Positions 8,488 through 17,491 of a stretch of DNA of 32,000 bases are shown in pieces; position 1 is the first letter of the stretch, and every line of letters starts with the position of its first letter. The stretch spans positions 180,001 to 212,000 of the forward strand of contig JBAZMW010000001.1 in the NCBI GenBank assembly GCA_041649575.1. Direction: 5' to 3'. The notes beneath the pieces are model-generated. The model ran no database searches, was not told the DNA's origin, and was given only the letters and a program-made list of their open reading frames with translations. The translations under genes and the position numbers were made by a program. Source of the DNA: Patescibacteria group bacterium. GTDB lineage: Bacteria; Patescibacteriota; Patescibacteriia; 2-01-FULL-39-33.

Positions 8488-9885
8488 ATGAATAACAGAA
8501 TCGGTTGGCTGATTTTTGGGGGATTGTTTTTGGGAGGATTATTTTTTTTGCCACAATTGTCGCTGGCCGTGACACCAAAAATTTTACCGGAGATTAAAAT
8601 TTTTGACGCGCAAGGCGTTCTCAAAAAGAGTTTTTTGGTTTTCGGTAAAAATTATCAGGGGACAGCCGATTTGGCGGTTGTGGATTTGGGTGGCGATGGC
8701 ACCAAGGAAATCATAGTCGGCGCCGGCGGCGGCAACTGGCCGGCGGTGGAGGTTTGGCGCGGTGAGGGCAGTAAAATTTATGATTTTTTGGCTTATGATA
8801 AGAATTTTAAAGGCGGGGTTTTTGTCGGCGCTGGCGATATTGACGGTGACAAAAAAGAAGAGATCATCACGGGCGCCGGCTATGGCGGCGGGCCGCACGT
8901 TAGAATTTTTAAGGACAAGGAGCCGATTTTGAACTTTTTTGCCTTTAATAAAGACGATCGGCAAGGGACAAAAGTAACAGCAGCCGATTTGGGCGGCGAC
9001 GGCCGGGTAGAGATATTGGCCGGCTCCAGCTTCAATCAACAGCCAGAGTTGTTGCTTTTTGACAATCTGGGCGGCAAATTAAGCACCGGACAAAAATTTA
9101 ATTTTTCTTCGAATAGCGGACTAAATTTAAGCAAGCTGGACATTAACGGCGACAAGAAAAATGAGATTCTTTTGGCTTCAGGCTATGGCAATCCGCCGGA
9201 AGTTTTTATTTTGGATAATCGGCTTAAGGAAATAGGCAAATTTTTGGCGGCGGAAGCGAACTACCAGGGAGGCATTAATGTGGCCGGCGGGGATATTGAT
9301 AATGACGGCCAAGACGAGATAATCACCAGTATCAGTTTTGCCGGCCAGCCGAGAATAAAAATTTTCAAAGCCAATGGTGAATTAATCAAAGAGTTTTGGG
9401 CTTACGATACGGGCTACCGGGGCGGGGTCAAGGTGGCGGCGGGAGATGTCGACGGCGACGGTCGGCTGGAAATTATCACCCTGCCGGAGAGAATTTTCGG
9501 CAATTTAAGGACGGAATACAAATACATAGAAGTTGACTTAAAGCAACAGCGCTTAAAGTATTGGCAGGGCGGCTATCAGCTGGGTAGTTTTTTAATTTCT
9601 TCCGGTTTGGCCAAAACGCCAACACCGACAGGAGAGTTTGTGATTTATAACAAGCGTCCCAAGGTGACGATGAGCTGGTATTACGGACCCAACAATCCTA
9701 TGAATTATAATTTACCCGGCGTACCCTGGGTCTCGTCTTTTTCCGGCCATTATACCATTCATGGCACCTATTGGCATAATAATTTCGGCCACCCCATGAG
9801 CCATGGCTGCATTAATATGAAGACACCAGAAGCAAAAATAATTTATGACTGGGCGGATCTGGGAACTAAAGTGATTATTAACTGA
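8488..9885 (+). CDS. Secreted FG-GAP/VCBS-like repeat protein with C-terminal L,D-transpeptidase (YkuD) domain
   Basis: 465 aa; signal peptide; repeated GDxDGDxxxEIITxxxxGGxPxxxIF units; C-terminal IHGTYWHNNFGHPMSHGCINMKTPEAK catalytic motif. Confidence 0.92.
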   Translation: MNNRIGWLIFGGLFLGGLFFLPQLSLAVTPKILPEIKIFDAQGVLKKSFLVFGKNYQGTADLAVVDLGGDGTKEIIVGAGGGNWPAVEVWRGEGSKIYDFLAYDKNFKGGVFVGAGDIDGDKKEEIITGAGYGGGPHVRIFKDKEPILNFFAFNKDDRQGTKVTAADLGGDGRVEILAGSSFNQQPELLLFDNLGGKLSTGQKFNFSSNSGLNLSKLDINGDKKNEILLASGYGNPPEVFILDNRLKEIGKFLAAEANYQGGINVAGGDIDNDGQDEIITSISFAGQPRIKIFKANGELIKEFWAYDTGYRGGVKVAAGDVDGDGRLEIITLPERIFGNLRTEYKYIEVDLKQQRLKYWQGGYQLGSFLISSGLAKTPTPTGEFVIYNKRPKVTMSWYYGPNNPMNYNLPGVPWVSSFSGHYTIHGTYWHNNFGHPMSHGCINMKTPEAKIIYDWADLGTKVIIN

Positions 9886-9890
9886 TTTTT

Positions 9891-10292
9891 ATGATTCTAA
9901 TCATTAACACCGCTGGTAGCGATTTCTCGGAAATAATTTTGGCTAAAACCAAGGATAAGTTTTTGATCAAAAAAATAGCCGGACATGGCCGACAACAATC
10001 AGAAAAATTATTGGCAACAGTGGATGCTTTTTCAAAGAAAAATAAAGTAAAGCTGGCTCAGCTTAAAGCTATTGGGGTGGTGAGCGGTCCCGGAAGTTTT
10101 ACGGCGCTAAGAATAGGCGTTACAGCAGCCAATACCCTGGCTTATGCTTTAAAGTTGCCGCTCGTTGGCTTAAAATTAGGAGAATTTAACGACAGCAAAC
10201 AGCTGGTTGATAAAATTTTTAGAAAAATAGTAAAAACCAAACCAGGAAGAATCGTGTCTCCCTTCTATAACAAAGAACCCAATATAAGTTAG
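9891..10292 (+). CDS. tsaB: tRNA threonylcarbamoyladenosine biosynthesis protein TsaB-like (short form)
   Basis: 133 aa; MILIINTAGSDFSEIILA, GVVSGPGSFTALRIGVTAANTLAYALKLPLVG; lacks the usual C-terminal half. Confidence 0.82.
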   Translation: MILIINTAGSDFSEIILAKTKDKFLIKKIAGHGRQQSEKLLATVDAFSKKNKVKLAQLKAIGVVSGPGSFTALRIGVTAANTLAYALKLPLVGLKLGEFNDSKQLVDKIFRKIVKTKPGRIVSPFYNKEPNIS

Positions 10293-10339
10293 CTGGCCTT
10301 ATTTATCCCCAATTTATTAACTTATTGTCGAAATAATGA

Positions 10340-10369
10340 AAAAAATGGCTTAAAATCAGGCCATTTTTT
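10340..10369 (+). terminator. Putative intrinsic terminator after tsaB-like gene
   Basis: AAAAAATGGC-TTAAAATCAG-GCCATTTTTT perfect 10-bp stem. Confidence 0.75.
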
Positions 10370-10395
10370 GTGTTTAAAAATAATTGACGCCAGTG

Positions 10396-10424
10396 TTGAA
10401 AAGTAAAATAAAGTGGTGTATAAT
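10396..10424 (+). promoter_or_regulatory. Putative sigma70 promoter (TTGAAA-17-TATAAT) of the division cluster
   Basis: -35 10396-10401, -10 10419-10424, upstream of mraZ. Confidence 0.75.
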
Positions 10425-10434
10425 AAATGATATA

Positions 10435-10449
10435 TGGGGAAAAGTGGGG
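10435..10449 (+). promoter_or_regulatory. Candidate MraZ binding site (two TGGGG boxes at 10-bp period)
   Basis: TGGGG-AAAAG-TGGGG located 10 bp downstream of the -10 box and upstream of mraZ. Confidence 0.65.
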
Positions 10450-10510
10450 AAAACCTGTTTGGTAAGAGGATAAATCCAATACAAAATTATAAAAAAGTCA
10501 ATTAAAGACC

Positions 10511-10939
10511 ATGTTTGTCGGCCAATATTCACACAATTTAGATAATAAAGGCAGGGTGGCGGTGCCAGCCAAGTTTCGTCAGGAATTGAAAAAAGCAGTG
10601 GTTACCAAGGGTTTGGATGACTGCCTTTTTTTATATCCCAAAAATGAGTGGGACAAAATTGCCACCAAGGTGGCTAATTTGCCCATGGATAAGCCGGAAA
10701 ATCGCGCTTTCGCCCGCTCGCTTCTGGCCGGCGCTTCGGAAACAGAGTTTGATAAGCAAGGAAGAATAATTCTGCCGGAGTATTTAAGGGAGTTTGCCGG
10801 CATCAATAAAAATGTCATCATAGTCGGTTTGTATAATCGTTTGGAAATCTGGGATGAAAAGAAATGGGATAATTATAGAAAGGAAAGCGACAGGAATTAT
10901 AACAACATCGCTAACGCGTTGAATGACTTAAGATCCTGA
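10511..10939 (+). CDS. mraZ: Transcriptional regulator MraZ
   Basis: 142 aa; MFVGQYSHNLDNKGRVAVPAKFRQEL and a second SpoVT/AbrB-like repeat FDKQGRIILPEYLREFAGI. Confidence 0.97.
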   Translation: MFVGQYSHNLDNKGRVAVPAKFRQELKKAVVTKGLDDCLFLYPKNEWDKIATKVANLPMDKPENRAFARSLLAGASETEFDKQGRIILPEYLREFAGINKNVIIVGLYNRLEIWDEKKWDNYRKESDRNYNNIANALNDLRS

Positions 10940-10945
10940 AAAATC

Positions 10946-11845
10946 ATGCTGGAAATCCAGAGCCTACATCAGCCAGTATTATTGAGAGAGGTTTTATCTT
11001 ATCTTAGTCCACAGCCCGGCAAAAATTTTGTGGACTGCACTTTTGGCGGCGCCGGACACGCTTTGGAAATTTTGGAGAAGATTAAGCCGCAGGGCAGATT
11101 AATCGGTATTGATTGGGACGATTCGGCGATTCTGACCAGCCGTAATGAGAATTTAATCTTAGTCAATGATAATTATAAAAATTTAAAAAAAATAATCAAT
11201 GATGCTGGAATTGATAAAATTAGCGGAATACTGCTGGACCTGGGGCTGTCTTCAAATCAGCTCGGCCGAGAGGATCGGGGATTTGGTTTCCAGAGCCAGG
11301 GACATCTTGACTTAAGATACAGCCAGCAGACCAACGGATTGACGGCGAGAGATATTTTAAAAAGTTACAGCGAGGAAGAGTTGTTTCAAATATTTAAAAA
11401 TTATGGAGAAGAGCCACTGTCTCGGCCAATCGCCAAGAAAATAATCGCGAAACGCCAAGAAGGTCGGGCCATTGAGACGGCTGAAATGCTTGTCCAGCTA
11501 GTCTCACAAGTCTACTCCCATTATTTTAAATCACGTTCGCGCCGTAATCCGGCCACCAGAGTTTTTCAGGCGCTAAGAATCGCTGTTAATGATGAATTTG
11601 GCAATCTGCGGAGTGTTTTGCCGCAAGCAGTGGAGGCCCTAGTTCCTGGCGGCCGGCTGGCGGTAATTTCCTTTCATTCTGGAGAGGATCGTATTGTCAA
11701 ACAGTTCTTCAGGCAGGAGGCCAAAAAAGATCGGCCGACAGTTAAAATTTTGACCAAAAAGCCGATAACAGCTTCGACTCAAGAGAGAGAAAAAAATCCC
11801 CGCAGCCGCAGCGCTAAACTAAGAGTAGTCGAAAAAATTAATTAA
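10946..11845 (+). CDS. rsmH: 16S rRNA (cytosine(1402)-N(4))-methyltransferase
   Basis: 299 aa; HQPVLLREVLSYL, NFVDCTFGGAGHALEIL, GILLDLGLSSNQL, VISFHSGEDRIVKQFF. Confidence 0.97.
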   Translation: MLEIQSLHQPVLLREVLSYLSPQPGKNFVDCTFGGAGHALEILEKIKPQGRLIGIDWDDSAILTSRNENLILVNDNYKNLKKIINDAGIDKISGILLDLGLSSNQLGREDRGFGFQSQGHLDLRYSQQTNGLTARDILKSYSEEELFQIFKNYGEEPLSRPIAKKIIAKRQEGRAIETAEMLVQLVSQVYSHYFKSRSRRNPATRVFQALRIAVNDEFGNLRSVLPQAVEALVPGGRLAVISFHSGEDRIVKQFFRQEAKKDRPTVKILTKKPITASTQEREKNPRSRSAKLRVVEKIN

Positions 11846-11873
11846 TAATAAAAGTGGCTAGCAAAACAAGTTT

Positions 11874-12245
11874 ATGTGCAAACTTTGGAAAAAAGAAGAG
11901 AGCAATCATCATTTTCCCGAACTGAACAAAAAAAAGAAAATCGTTTCCATAGTTAAAAGTTGTTTCGGTTGGAACAAGCTGAGTTTGGTTTTGGTGGCCC
12001 TAACCATCACGATCGGCCTGACTTATTTGTTTCAGACCAATGCCACGGTAGCCGACGGTTATAAAATTAAAGGATTGGAAGATAAAATCAACAGTTTAAA
12101 AGAGGAAAATAAAAAATTAAATTTAAAAAGCATTGAGTTGCAGTCAATGGCCAATATTTCCAGTCAAGTAGCCGACCTAAATTTAGTAACGACCAAAGAC
12201 ATCGAAATTATAACGCCAGTTGGTTCGGCCGTGGCCTTACGTTAA
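11874..12245 (+). CDS. FtsL-like small bitopic membrane protein
   Basis: 123 aa; one TM then coiled-coil-like IKGLEDKINSLKEENKKLNLKSIEL; position between rsmH and PBP2. Confidence 0.6.
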   Translation: MCKLWKKEESNHHFPELNKKKKIVSIVKSCFGWNKLSLVLVALTITIGLTYLFQTNATVADGYKIKGLEDKINSLKEENKKLNLKSIELQSMANISSQVADLNLVTTKDIEIITPVGSAVALR

Positions 12246-12251
12246 AAAGAA

Positions 12252-14147
12252 ATGAGTTGGCGGCAAAACAAACCAGAAAAATCGGGAAACCATGGCGGCA
12301 GCAAGGTTAGAATCAGACTTCTAGCCATTTTTTTTATAGTTTTTGGATTTTTGGCGATAGTCCGGTTATTCGATCTGCAAATTTTAAAAGGCAGTTTTTA
12401 TACCGCCTTAGCTTCTGGTCAACATGAGTTGTATCAGCGGTTATTTCCCGAAAGGGGCTCGGTTTATGTGATAGAAAAAGAGGGCAACAAAGAAACGCTT
12501 TTCCCTTTGGTTACTAATCATGATCTATACATGCTTTATGCCATACCGAAAGAAATTGTCGATCCCGAGGAAACAGCCAAAAAAGTAATGGCTATCTTCG
12601 GTTTGCCGGAAGAGATTAATTTTAAGCAAGTGGAAAAAGAGTTGTTTGCCGATATCTCGGCCAGTACTAGTCCCAAGCTGGCGGCCGAAATAAAAGAGGA
12701 GAGAAAGAAGAAGTGGTACCAGGAGCAGCTGGATTTGGAAATAAAAAAATTAGCTGACAAATTTTCCAGAAAAGAAGATCCTTATGAGCCGATCAGGCAT
12801 AAATTAACGCCAGAGCAGGTGGAAGAGATCAAGGCATTGAATATTGATGGGCTGGCTTTTCAAAAAGAAGTTTGGCGATTTTACACGGAAAAAGGTTTGG
12901 GTGGCCATCTTTTTGGCTTTTGGGGTTTTGCCGGCGATAATCGTCAAGGAAAATATGGTTTGGAGGGTTATTTTGATCAAATTTTGGCGGGCAAATTCGG
13001 AGAAATTCACTCGGAACGCGATGCTTGGGGCAATATCATAGCGGTCGGTAAGAATTCGTTGGTAGAAAAGATTGATGGTTCTGATTTGGTTTTGACCATT
13101 GACAGGGCTGTTCAGTACAAGGCTTGCCAGGCGTTGTATCAGGCGGTAGATCATTTTGAGGCGGCTGGCGGAGCGGTGGTGGTGATGAATCCTAAAACCG
13201 GAGCCATTTTGGCTATGTGCGGGGCTCCCGACTACAACCCCGACGAATATAATAAAGTTGACGATATCCAAGTTTATAATAACCCGGCGATTTTCAAGGC
13301 CTATGAGCCAGGCTCGATTTTCAAAGTGATCACTATGGCGGCGGCTTTAGACGCTGGCAAGATAGAACCAACAACAACCTATGAAGATAAAGGAGAAGTG
13401 GTTTACGATCATTTTCATATCAAGAATTTCAATGACAAAATATATGGCCGCCAGACAATGATCGAGGTTTTGGAAAAATCAATAAACACCGGAGCCATTT
13501 ATGCCATGAAACAGACGACGGCCAAAGTTTTTACTAAATACGTGAAAGACTTCGGTTTCGGACAAAAGACCGGAATCGAATTGGATAAAGAGGTGGTTGG
13601 CGACATTTCCAATTTAGACAGAAGAGGCGAGATTTATGCGGCCACCGCTTCTTTTGGACAGGGTATTATGGTGACGCCGCTCCAGATGTTGACAGCGGTT
13701 TCGGCTATTGCCAATGAGGGAAAAATTATGAAGCCATATATCGTGTCTAAAATTATCAGCCACAACAAGGGCCAGGATGAGATTGAGGAGTTTCGGCCGC
13801 AGGAAGTGCGGCAGGTTATATCTCCTAAGGCGGCGGCCATGCTTTCCGGCATGATGGTGAGCGTGGTGGAAAGCGGCCATGGCAAACCGGCAGCAGTGCC
13901 CGGCTATCGAGTGGCCGGCAAGACCGGCACCGCCCAAATAGCCAACAAAAATAGCGGCGGTTATTCCTCGGCGGTTTATACTTCTTTTGTCGGTTTTGCT
14001 CCTTTCGCCGACCCCAGGATCGCTATAATTGTGAGCCTCGACAATCCGCAAAGAGGCCGAGAGGCGATGGTGGTGGCGGCGCCGGTTTTTGCCGACATTG
14101 CCAAATTTGCCCTGCAGTATTATAATGTGCCTTACGATAATAAATAA
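12252..14147 (+). CDS. Penicillin-binding protein 2 / FtsI-type peptidoglycan transpeptidase
   Basis: 631 aa; N-terminal TM, RGEIHSERDAWGNII region, YEPGSIFKVITMAAALD (SxxK), KTGTAQIANK, position in division cluster. Confidence 0.94.
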   Translation: MSWRQNKPEKSGNHGGSKVRIRLLAIFFIVFGFLAIVRLFDLQILKGSFYTALASGQHELYQRLFPERGSVYVIEKEGNKETLFPLVTNHDLYMLYAIPKEIVDPEETAKKVMAIFGLPEEINFKQVEKELFADISASTSPKLAAEIKEERKKKWYQEQLDLEIKKLADKFSRKEDPYEPIRHKLTPEQVEEIKALNIDGLAFQKEVWRFYTEKGLGGHLFGFWGFAGDNRQGKYGLEGYFDQILAGKFGEIHSERDAWGNIIAVGKNSLVEKIDGSDLVLTIDRAVQYKACQALYQAVDHFEAAGGAVVVMNPKTGAILAMCGAPDYNPDEYNKVDDIQVYNNPAIFKAYEPGSIFKVITMAAALDAGKIEPTTTYEDKGEVVYDHFHIKNFNDKIYGRQTMIEVLEKSINTGAIYAMKQTTAKVFTKYVKDFGFGQKTGIELDKEVVGDISNLDRRGEIYAATASFGQGIMVTPLQMLTAVSAIANEGKIMKPYIVSKIISHNKGQDEIEEFRPQEVRQVISPKAAAMLSGMMVSVVESGHGKPAAVPGYRVAGKTGTAQIANKNSGGYSSAVYTSFVGFAPFADPRIAIIVSLDNPQRGREAMVVAAPVFADIAKFALQYYNVPYDNK

Positions 14148-14187
14148 GGAAAACGCGGTTTATCAAATTTAATAACAGGAAAGAAAA

Positions 14188-15474
14188 ATGAAATTTTTTA
14201 AAAAGATTGTCCAAAAAATTTTACGGCTGTTGGCGCGGCTGATTTTGAATAAATACCAGCCGGAGATCATTGGTATCACCGGCAGCTTTGGCAAGACTTC
14301 GACCAAGGAAGCGATTTACACCGTTTTATCAAAAAGATTTAACGTGCGAGAGAACATCAAAAATTACAACAACGAAATCGGTTTGCCTTTGACAATTATT
14401 GGCGCCGGTAGCGGCGGTCGTTCGGTGTGGGGCTGGGTAGGAGTATTTGCCAAGGCGTTAGTGTTGTTGATTTGGAAAGACAAAAGATACCCGGAAATTT
14501 TGGTTTTGGAAATGGCAGTCGATCGGGTGGGTGATATGAAGTATCTGACCGATTTGGCGCCTTGTAAAATAGGAGTGGTCACCAATATCGGCCCGGTGCA
14601 TCTGGAGTTTTTCAAAACCCTAGAGAGAATCGCCAAGGAAAAATCAGTGATTGTCTCGCAACTGACCACCAACGGCTGGGCGATCTTAAATGCCGATAAT
14701 GATTATGTGCGGCAGATGGCCGAAGAGACCAAAGCCAGAATCATGACTTATGGTATTTTAGAAAAAGATACAAGTATCAGGGCATCGGAAATCATTATTT
14801 CACAGAATAATCAAGAAGAGATCGCGGGTTTGAGTTTTAAACTCTCATACCGTGGCAGTACGGTGCCGGTTTTCCTGCCTAATATTTTGGGCGAACATTT
14901 GATTTACGCGGCGCTGGCGGCAGCGGCCATCGGCCTGGTTTATGAAATGAATTTGCTGGAAATTTCCGAGGCTTTGCGACTGTTTAAAGCGCCAAGCGGC
15001 CGCATGAACTTGCTGGTAGGAATCAAGCAGACAAAGATCATTGACGATAGCTATAATGCCGGTCCGGATTCGATGCTGGCGGCTTTGAAGGTTTTGGGAA
15101 AAATTAATGGCGGTGGCAGAAAAATAGCGGTTTTGGGCGATATGTTGGAACTGGGCGATTATACCGACGAAGGACACCGTCAGGTAGGGGCGGAAGTGGT
15201 TAAGAATAAGATAGATATTTTAATTACAGTGGGCGAGAGAGCGAGAACAATCGCGGCCGAATCGCAAAGACAAGGCCTGGACAGTGATCTGATTTTTAAT
15301 TTTTCCGACACGGAAAGAGCCGGATCTTTTTTGCAGGAAAGAATGGAAGAAGGCGACCTGGTTTTGGTCAAAGGGTCGCAAGGAATGCGAATGGAGAAGA
15401 TTGTCAAAGAAATAATGGCCGAGCCGCTTAGAGCCAAAGAACTTTTAGTACGCCAGGAAAAGCCCTGGAATTAG
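14188..15474 (+). CDS. murF: UDP-N-acetylmuramoyl-tripeptide--D-alanyl-D-alanine ligase (Mur ligase family)
   Basis: 428 aa; IIGITGSFGKTSTKEAI (P-loop), VVTNIGPVHLEFF, ILNADNDYV, IIDDSYNAGPDSMLAAL, VLGDMLELG. Confidence 0.9.
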   Translation: MKFFKKIVQKILRLLARLILNKYQPEIIGITGSFGKTSTKEAIYTVLSKRFNVRENIKNYNNEIGLPLTIIGAGSGGRSVWGWVGVFAKALVLLIWKDKRYPEILVLEMAVDRVGDMKYLTDLAPCKIGVVTNIGPVHLEFFKTLERIAKEKSVIVSQLTTNGWAILNADNDYVRQMAEETKARIMTYGILEKDTSIRASEIIISQNNQEEIAGLSFKLSYRGSTVPVFLPNILGEHLIYAALAAAAIGLVYEMNLLEISEALRLFKAPSGRMNLLVGIKQTKIIDDSYNAGPDSMLAALKVLGKINGGGRKIAVLGDMLELGDYTDEGHRQVGAEVVKNKIDILITVGERARTIAAESQRQGLDSDLIFNFSDTERAGSFLQERMEEGDLVLVKGSQGMRMEKIVKEIMAEPLRAKELLVRQEKPWN

Positions 15475-15547
15475 GTTTGCTAAAAATTCTAGAAAATTTT
15501 AAAATTATCATATTAATAATTAAACAGATGGCTGTAATCGAGGATTT

Positions 15548-16975
15548 ATGCCAAAAATTTATAACACCTTAACTCGCAAAAAAGAAGAATTTGAACCACT
15601 TAAAGACAAAGTGGTTACTTTTTATCAATGCGGTCCGACGGTTTATTGGACACAGCATATCGGCAATATGCGAGCCATGGTTTTGGCGGATTTGATTAGG
15701 CGTTCGCTGGAATATTTGGGTTATAAAGTGAAGTTTGCCAGAAATTATACCGATGTCGGCCACTTGACCAGCGATGAAGACGAAGGCGAGGATAAAATGG
15801 CCAAGGCCGCTAGTAGGGAAAAATTAACGCCGGAAGAAATCGCGGATAAATATATTGGAATTTTTGAACAGGACGTGAAGGCCCTGAATTGCGAGGAGCC
15901 AACTTATGAGCCACAAGCCACCAAGTATATAAAAGAGATGCAAAAAATGGTGCAAACCTTGATTGACAGGGGCTATGCTTATGCCACTGATTTGGCGATT
16001 TATTTTGATGTTAATTATTATATTGAAAAAGGCGGGGATTATACTGGTCTGTCCGGCCAGGATTTAGAAAAAAATATTACTAATGCCGGCAAGGGCGAAG
16101 TAAGTGACAAGCAAAAAAAGAAGCCGCAGGATTTTGCAATCTGGTTTTTTAAAGTCGGTGAACACCAAAATGCTTTGCAGACTTGGGACAGCGAGTTCAA
16201 ATTGCCTGACGGGCAAAGCATAAAAAAAGAAGGTTTTCCGGGCTGGCATTTGGAATGTTCGGCGATGAACAAGGCGCTATTTGGCGATACGATTGATATT
16301 CACATGGGCGGCATTGAACATGTTCCGGTGCATCACACCAATGAGATTGCCCAGAGCGAGGCGGCCAACGGCAAGAGGTTTGTAAATTATTGGCTGCATA
16401 ATGAGCATTTGACGATTGACGGTGGAAAGATGTCTAAATCTGAAGGCACAGCCTATTCTTTGGCAGATATTAGAGCCAAGGGACTTGACTCGCTGGTTTT
16501 GAGATACTTCTTTTTGCAGGCGCATTATCGCAGCAAACAAAATTTTACTTGGAAGGCATTGGAGTCGGCCAGTGTGGCTTTGAATAATTTAAAGAATGTC
16601 ATTGCGAGGAGCAAAGCGACGAAGCAATCCCGTGGCAATATAAGCGAAGAGTTTAAACAAAAATTTACTGCCGTTTTGGGTGATGATTTCAATATTCCGC
16701 AGGCCTTATCTATTGTTTGGGAAATATTAAAATCGAATTTGCATGATGAGGACAAGGTGGCGACTATTTTGGATTTTGATAAAGTTTTGGGCTTAGGACT
16801 TGATAAAATTAAGGCAGAAGAGATTCCGCAGGCGGTAATTGATTTGGCCGAGGAGAGACTGAAAGTCAGGCAGGACAAGGATTTTAAAAAATCTGATGAG
16901 TTGAGAGAGAAGATGAAAGAGACGGGTTGGGAGATAGAGGATGAGAAGGAAGGATATAAATTAAAGAAGTTATAA
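15548..16975 (+). CDS. cysS: Cysteine--tRNA ligase (contains an apparent in-frame repeat insertion)
   Basis: 475 aa; YQCGPTVYWTQHIGNMRAMVLADLIRRSL, NYTDVGHLTSDEDEGEDKM, GWHLECSAMN, KMSKSEGT. Confidence 0.97.
   Translation: MPKIYNTLTRKKEEFEPLKDKVVTFYQCGPTVYWTQHIGNMRAMVLADLIRRSLEYLGYKVKFARNYTDVGHLTSDEDEGEDKMAKAASREKLTPEEIADKYIGIFEQDVKALNCEEPTYEPQATKYIKEMQKMVQTLIDRGYAYATDLAIYFDVNYYIEKGGDYTGLSGQDLEKNITNAGKGEVSDKQKKKPQDFAIWFFKVGEHQNALQTWDSEFKLPDGQSIKKEGFPGWHLECSAMNKALFGDTIDIHMGGIEHVPVHHTNEIAQSEAANGKRFVNYWLHNEHLTIDGGKMSKSEGTAYSLADIRAKGLDSLVLRYFFLQAHYRSKQNFTWKALESASVALNNLKNVIARSKATKQSRGNISEEFKQKFTAVLGDDFNIPQALSIVWEILKSNLHDEDKVATILDFDKVLGLGLDKIKAEEIPQAVIDLAEERLKVRQDKDFKKSDELREKMKETGWEIEDEKEGYKLKKL
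16598..16639 (+). repeat. Short structured interspersed element inside cysS (orientation a)
   Basis: GTCATTGCGAGGAGCAAAGCGACGAAGCAATCCCGTGGCAAT; translates to VIARSKATKQSRGN; its reverse complement shares CACGGGATTGC...CTCGCAATGAC termini with 20139-20193. Confidence 0.85.
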
Positions 16976-16980
16976 ATAAA

Positions 16981-17031
16981 ATTTTTAGACAAATTTAATA
17001 CCGGAAAGTCGCTGGCGCAACCTTCCAGTAT
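16981..17031 (-). repeat. 51-bp structured 3' element, copy 1 (downstream of 17059..17427 gene)
   Basis: About 45/51 identical to 17492-17542; forms stem ATACTGGAAGG/CTTTCCGGTAT on the minus strand. Confidence 0.8.
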
Positions 17032-17058
17032 AGTGTTTACCGTGCATTATAATCCAGC

Positions 17059-17427
17059 TCACTCTACTTGAGCATTGATTTCTGCTGTAATGCCGGAGTA
17101 CAACTTGTGGCGTTCCGGCCCCACGATAAATGAGAGAGCGACAAACCCCAGTACAGTTTTATTATGTTTGTATCGAATGTTCCGGCAAAGCCTTTTCATG
17201 ATGCCATGTAAGTACACTGGGTGAGAGCGAATCAAGGCACGGCGAGTGCGTGGGTCCTGCCATTCTTTCAACACCTCCCATGCTTTTTGTTCGTCGTATT
17301 TTTGACTTTCTTGTAATGCCTGGCGTAATTCGTCCGCATAGTCGCGGCGAAAGTTGTCGATCTCTGCGATCGACAAGACTATTGGCACCCCATCATCCAT
17401 TTCCCCGTTTCCACTTTCCGTTCCCAT
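17059..17427 (-). CDS. Hypothetical protein, GC-rich block
   Basis: 122 aa MGTESGNGEMDDGVPIVLSIAEIDNFRRDY...; SD AGGAGG 7 nt upstream; no family recognised. Confidence 0.72.
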   Translation of the reverse strand: MGTESGNGEMDDGVPIVLSIAEIDNFRRDYADELRQALQESQKYDEQKAWEVLKEWQDPRTRRALIRSHPVYLHGIMKRLCRNIRYKHNKTVLGFVALSFIVGPERHKLYSGITAEINAQVE

Positions 17428-17491
17428 GACGATCCCTCCTGTTGTAGGTACTGTTTTTAGTCTATCAGATGGTTTTAAAATAGTAAAATTT

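Noticed and set aside
8488-9885. Tandem DNA repeats / CRISPR-like periodicity in the FG-GAP gene
   Set aside because: The periodicity is at protein level (GDxDGD repeats), with diverged DNA; no CRISPR repeat-spacer pattern exists.
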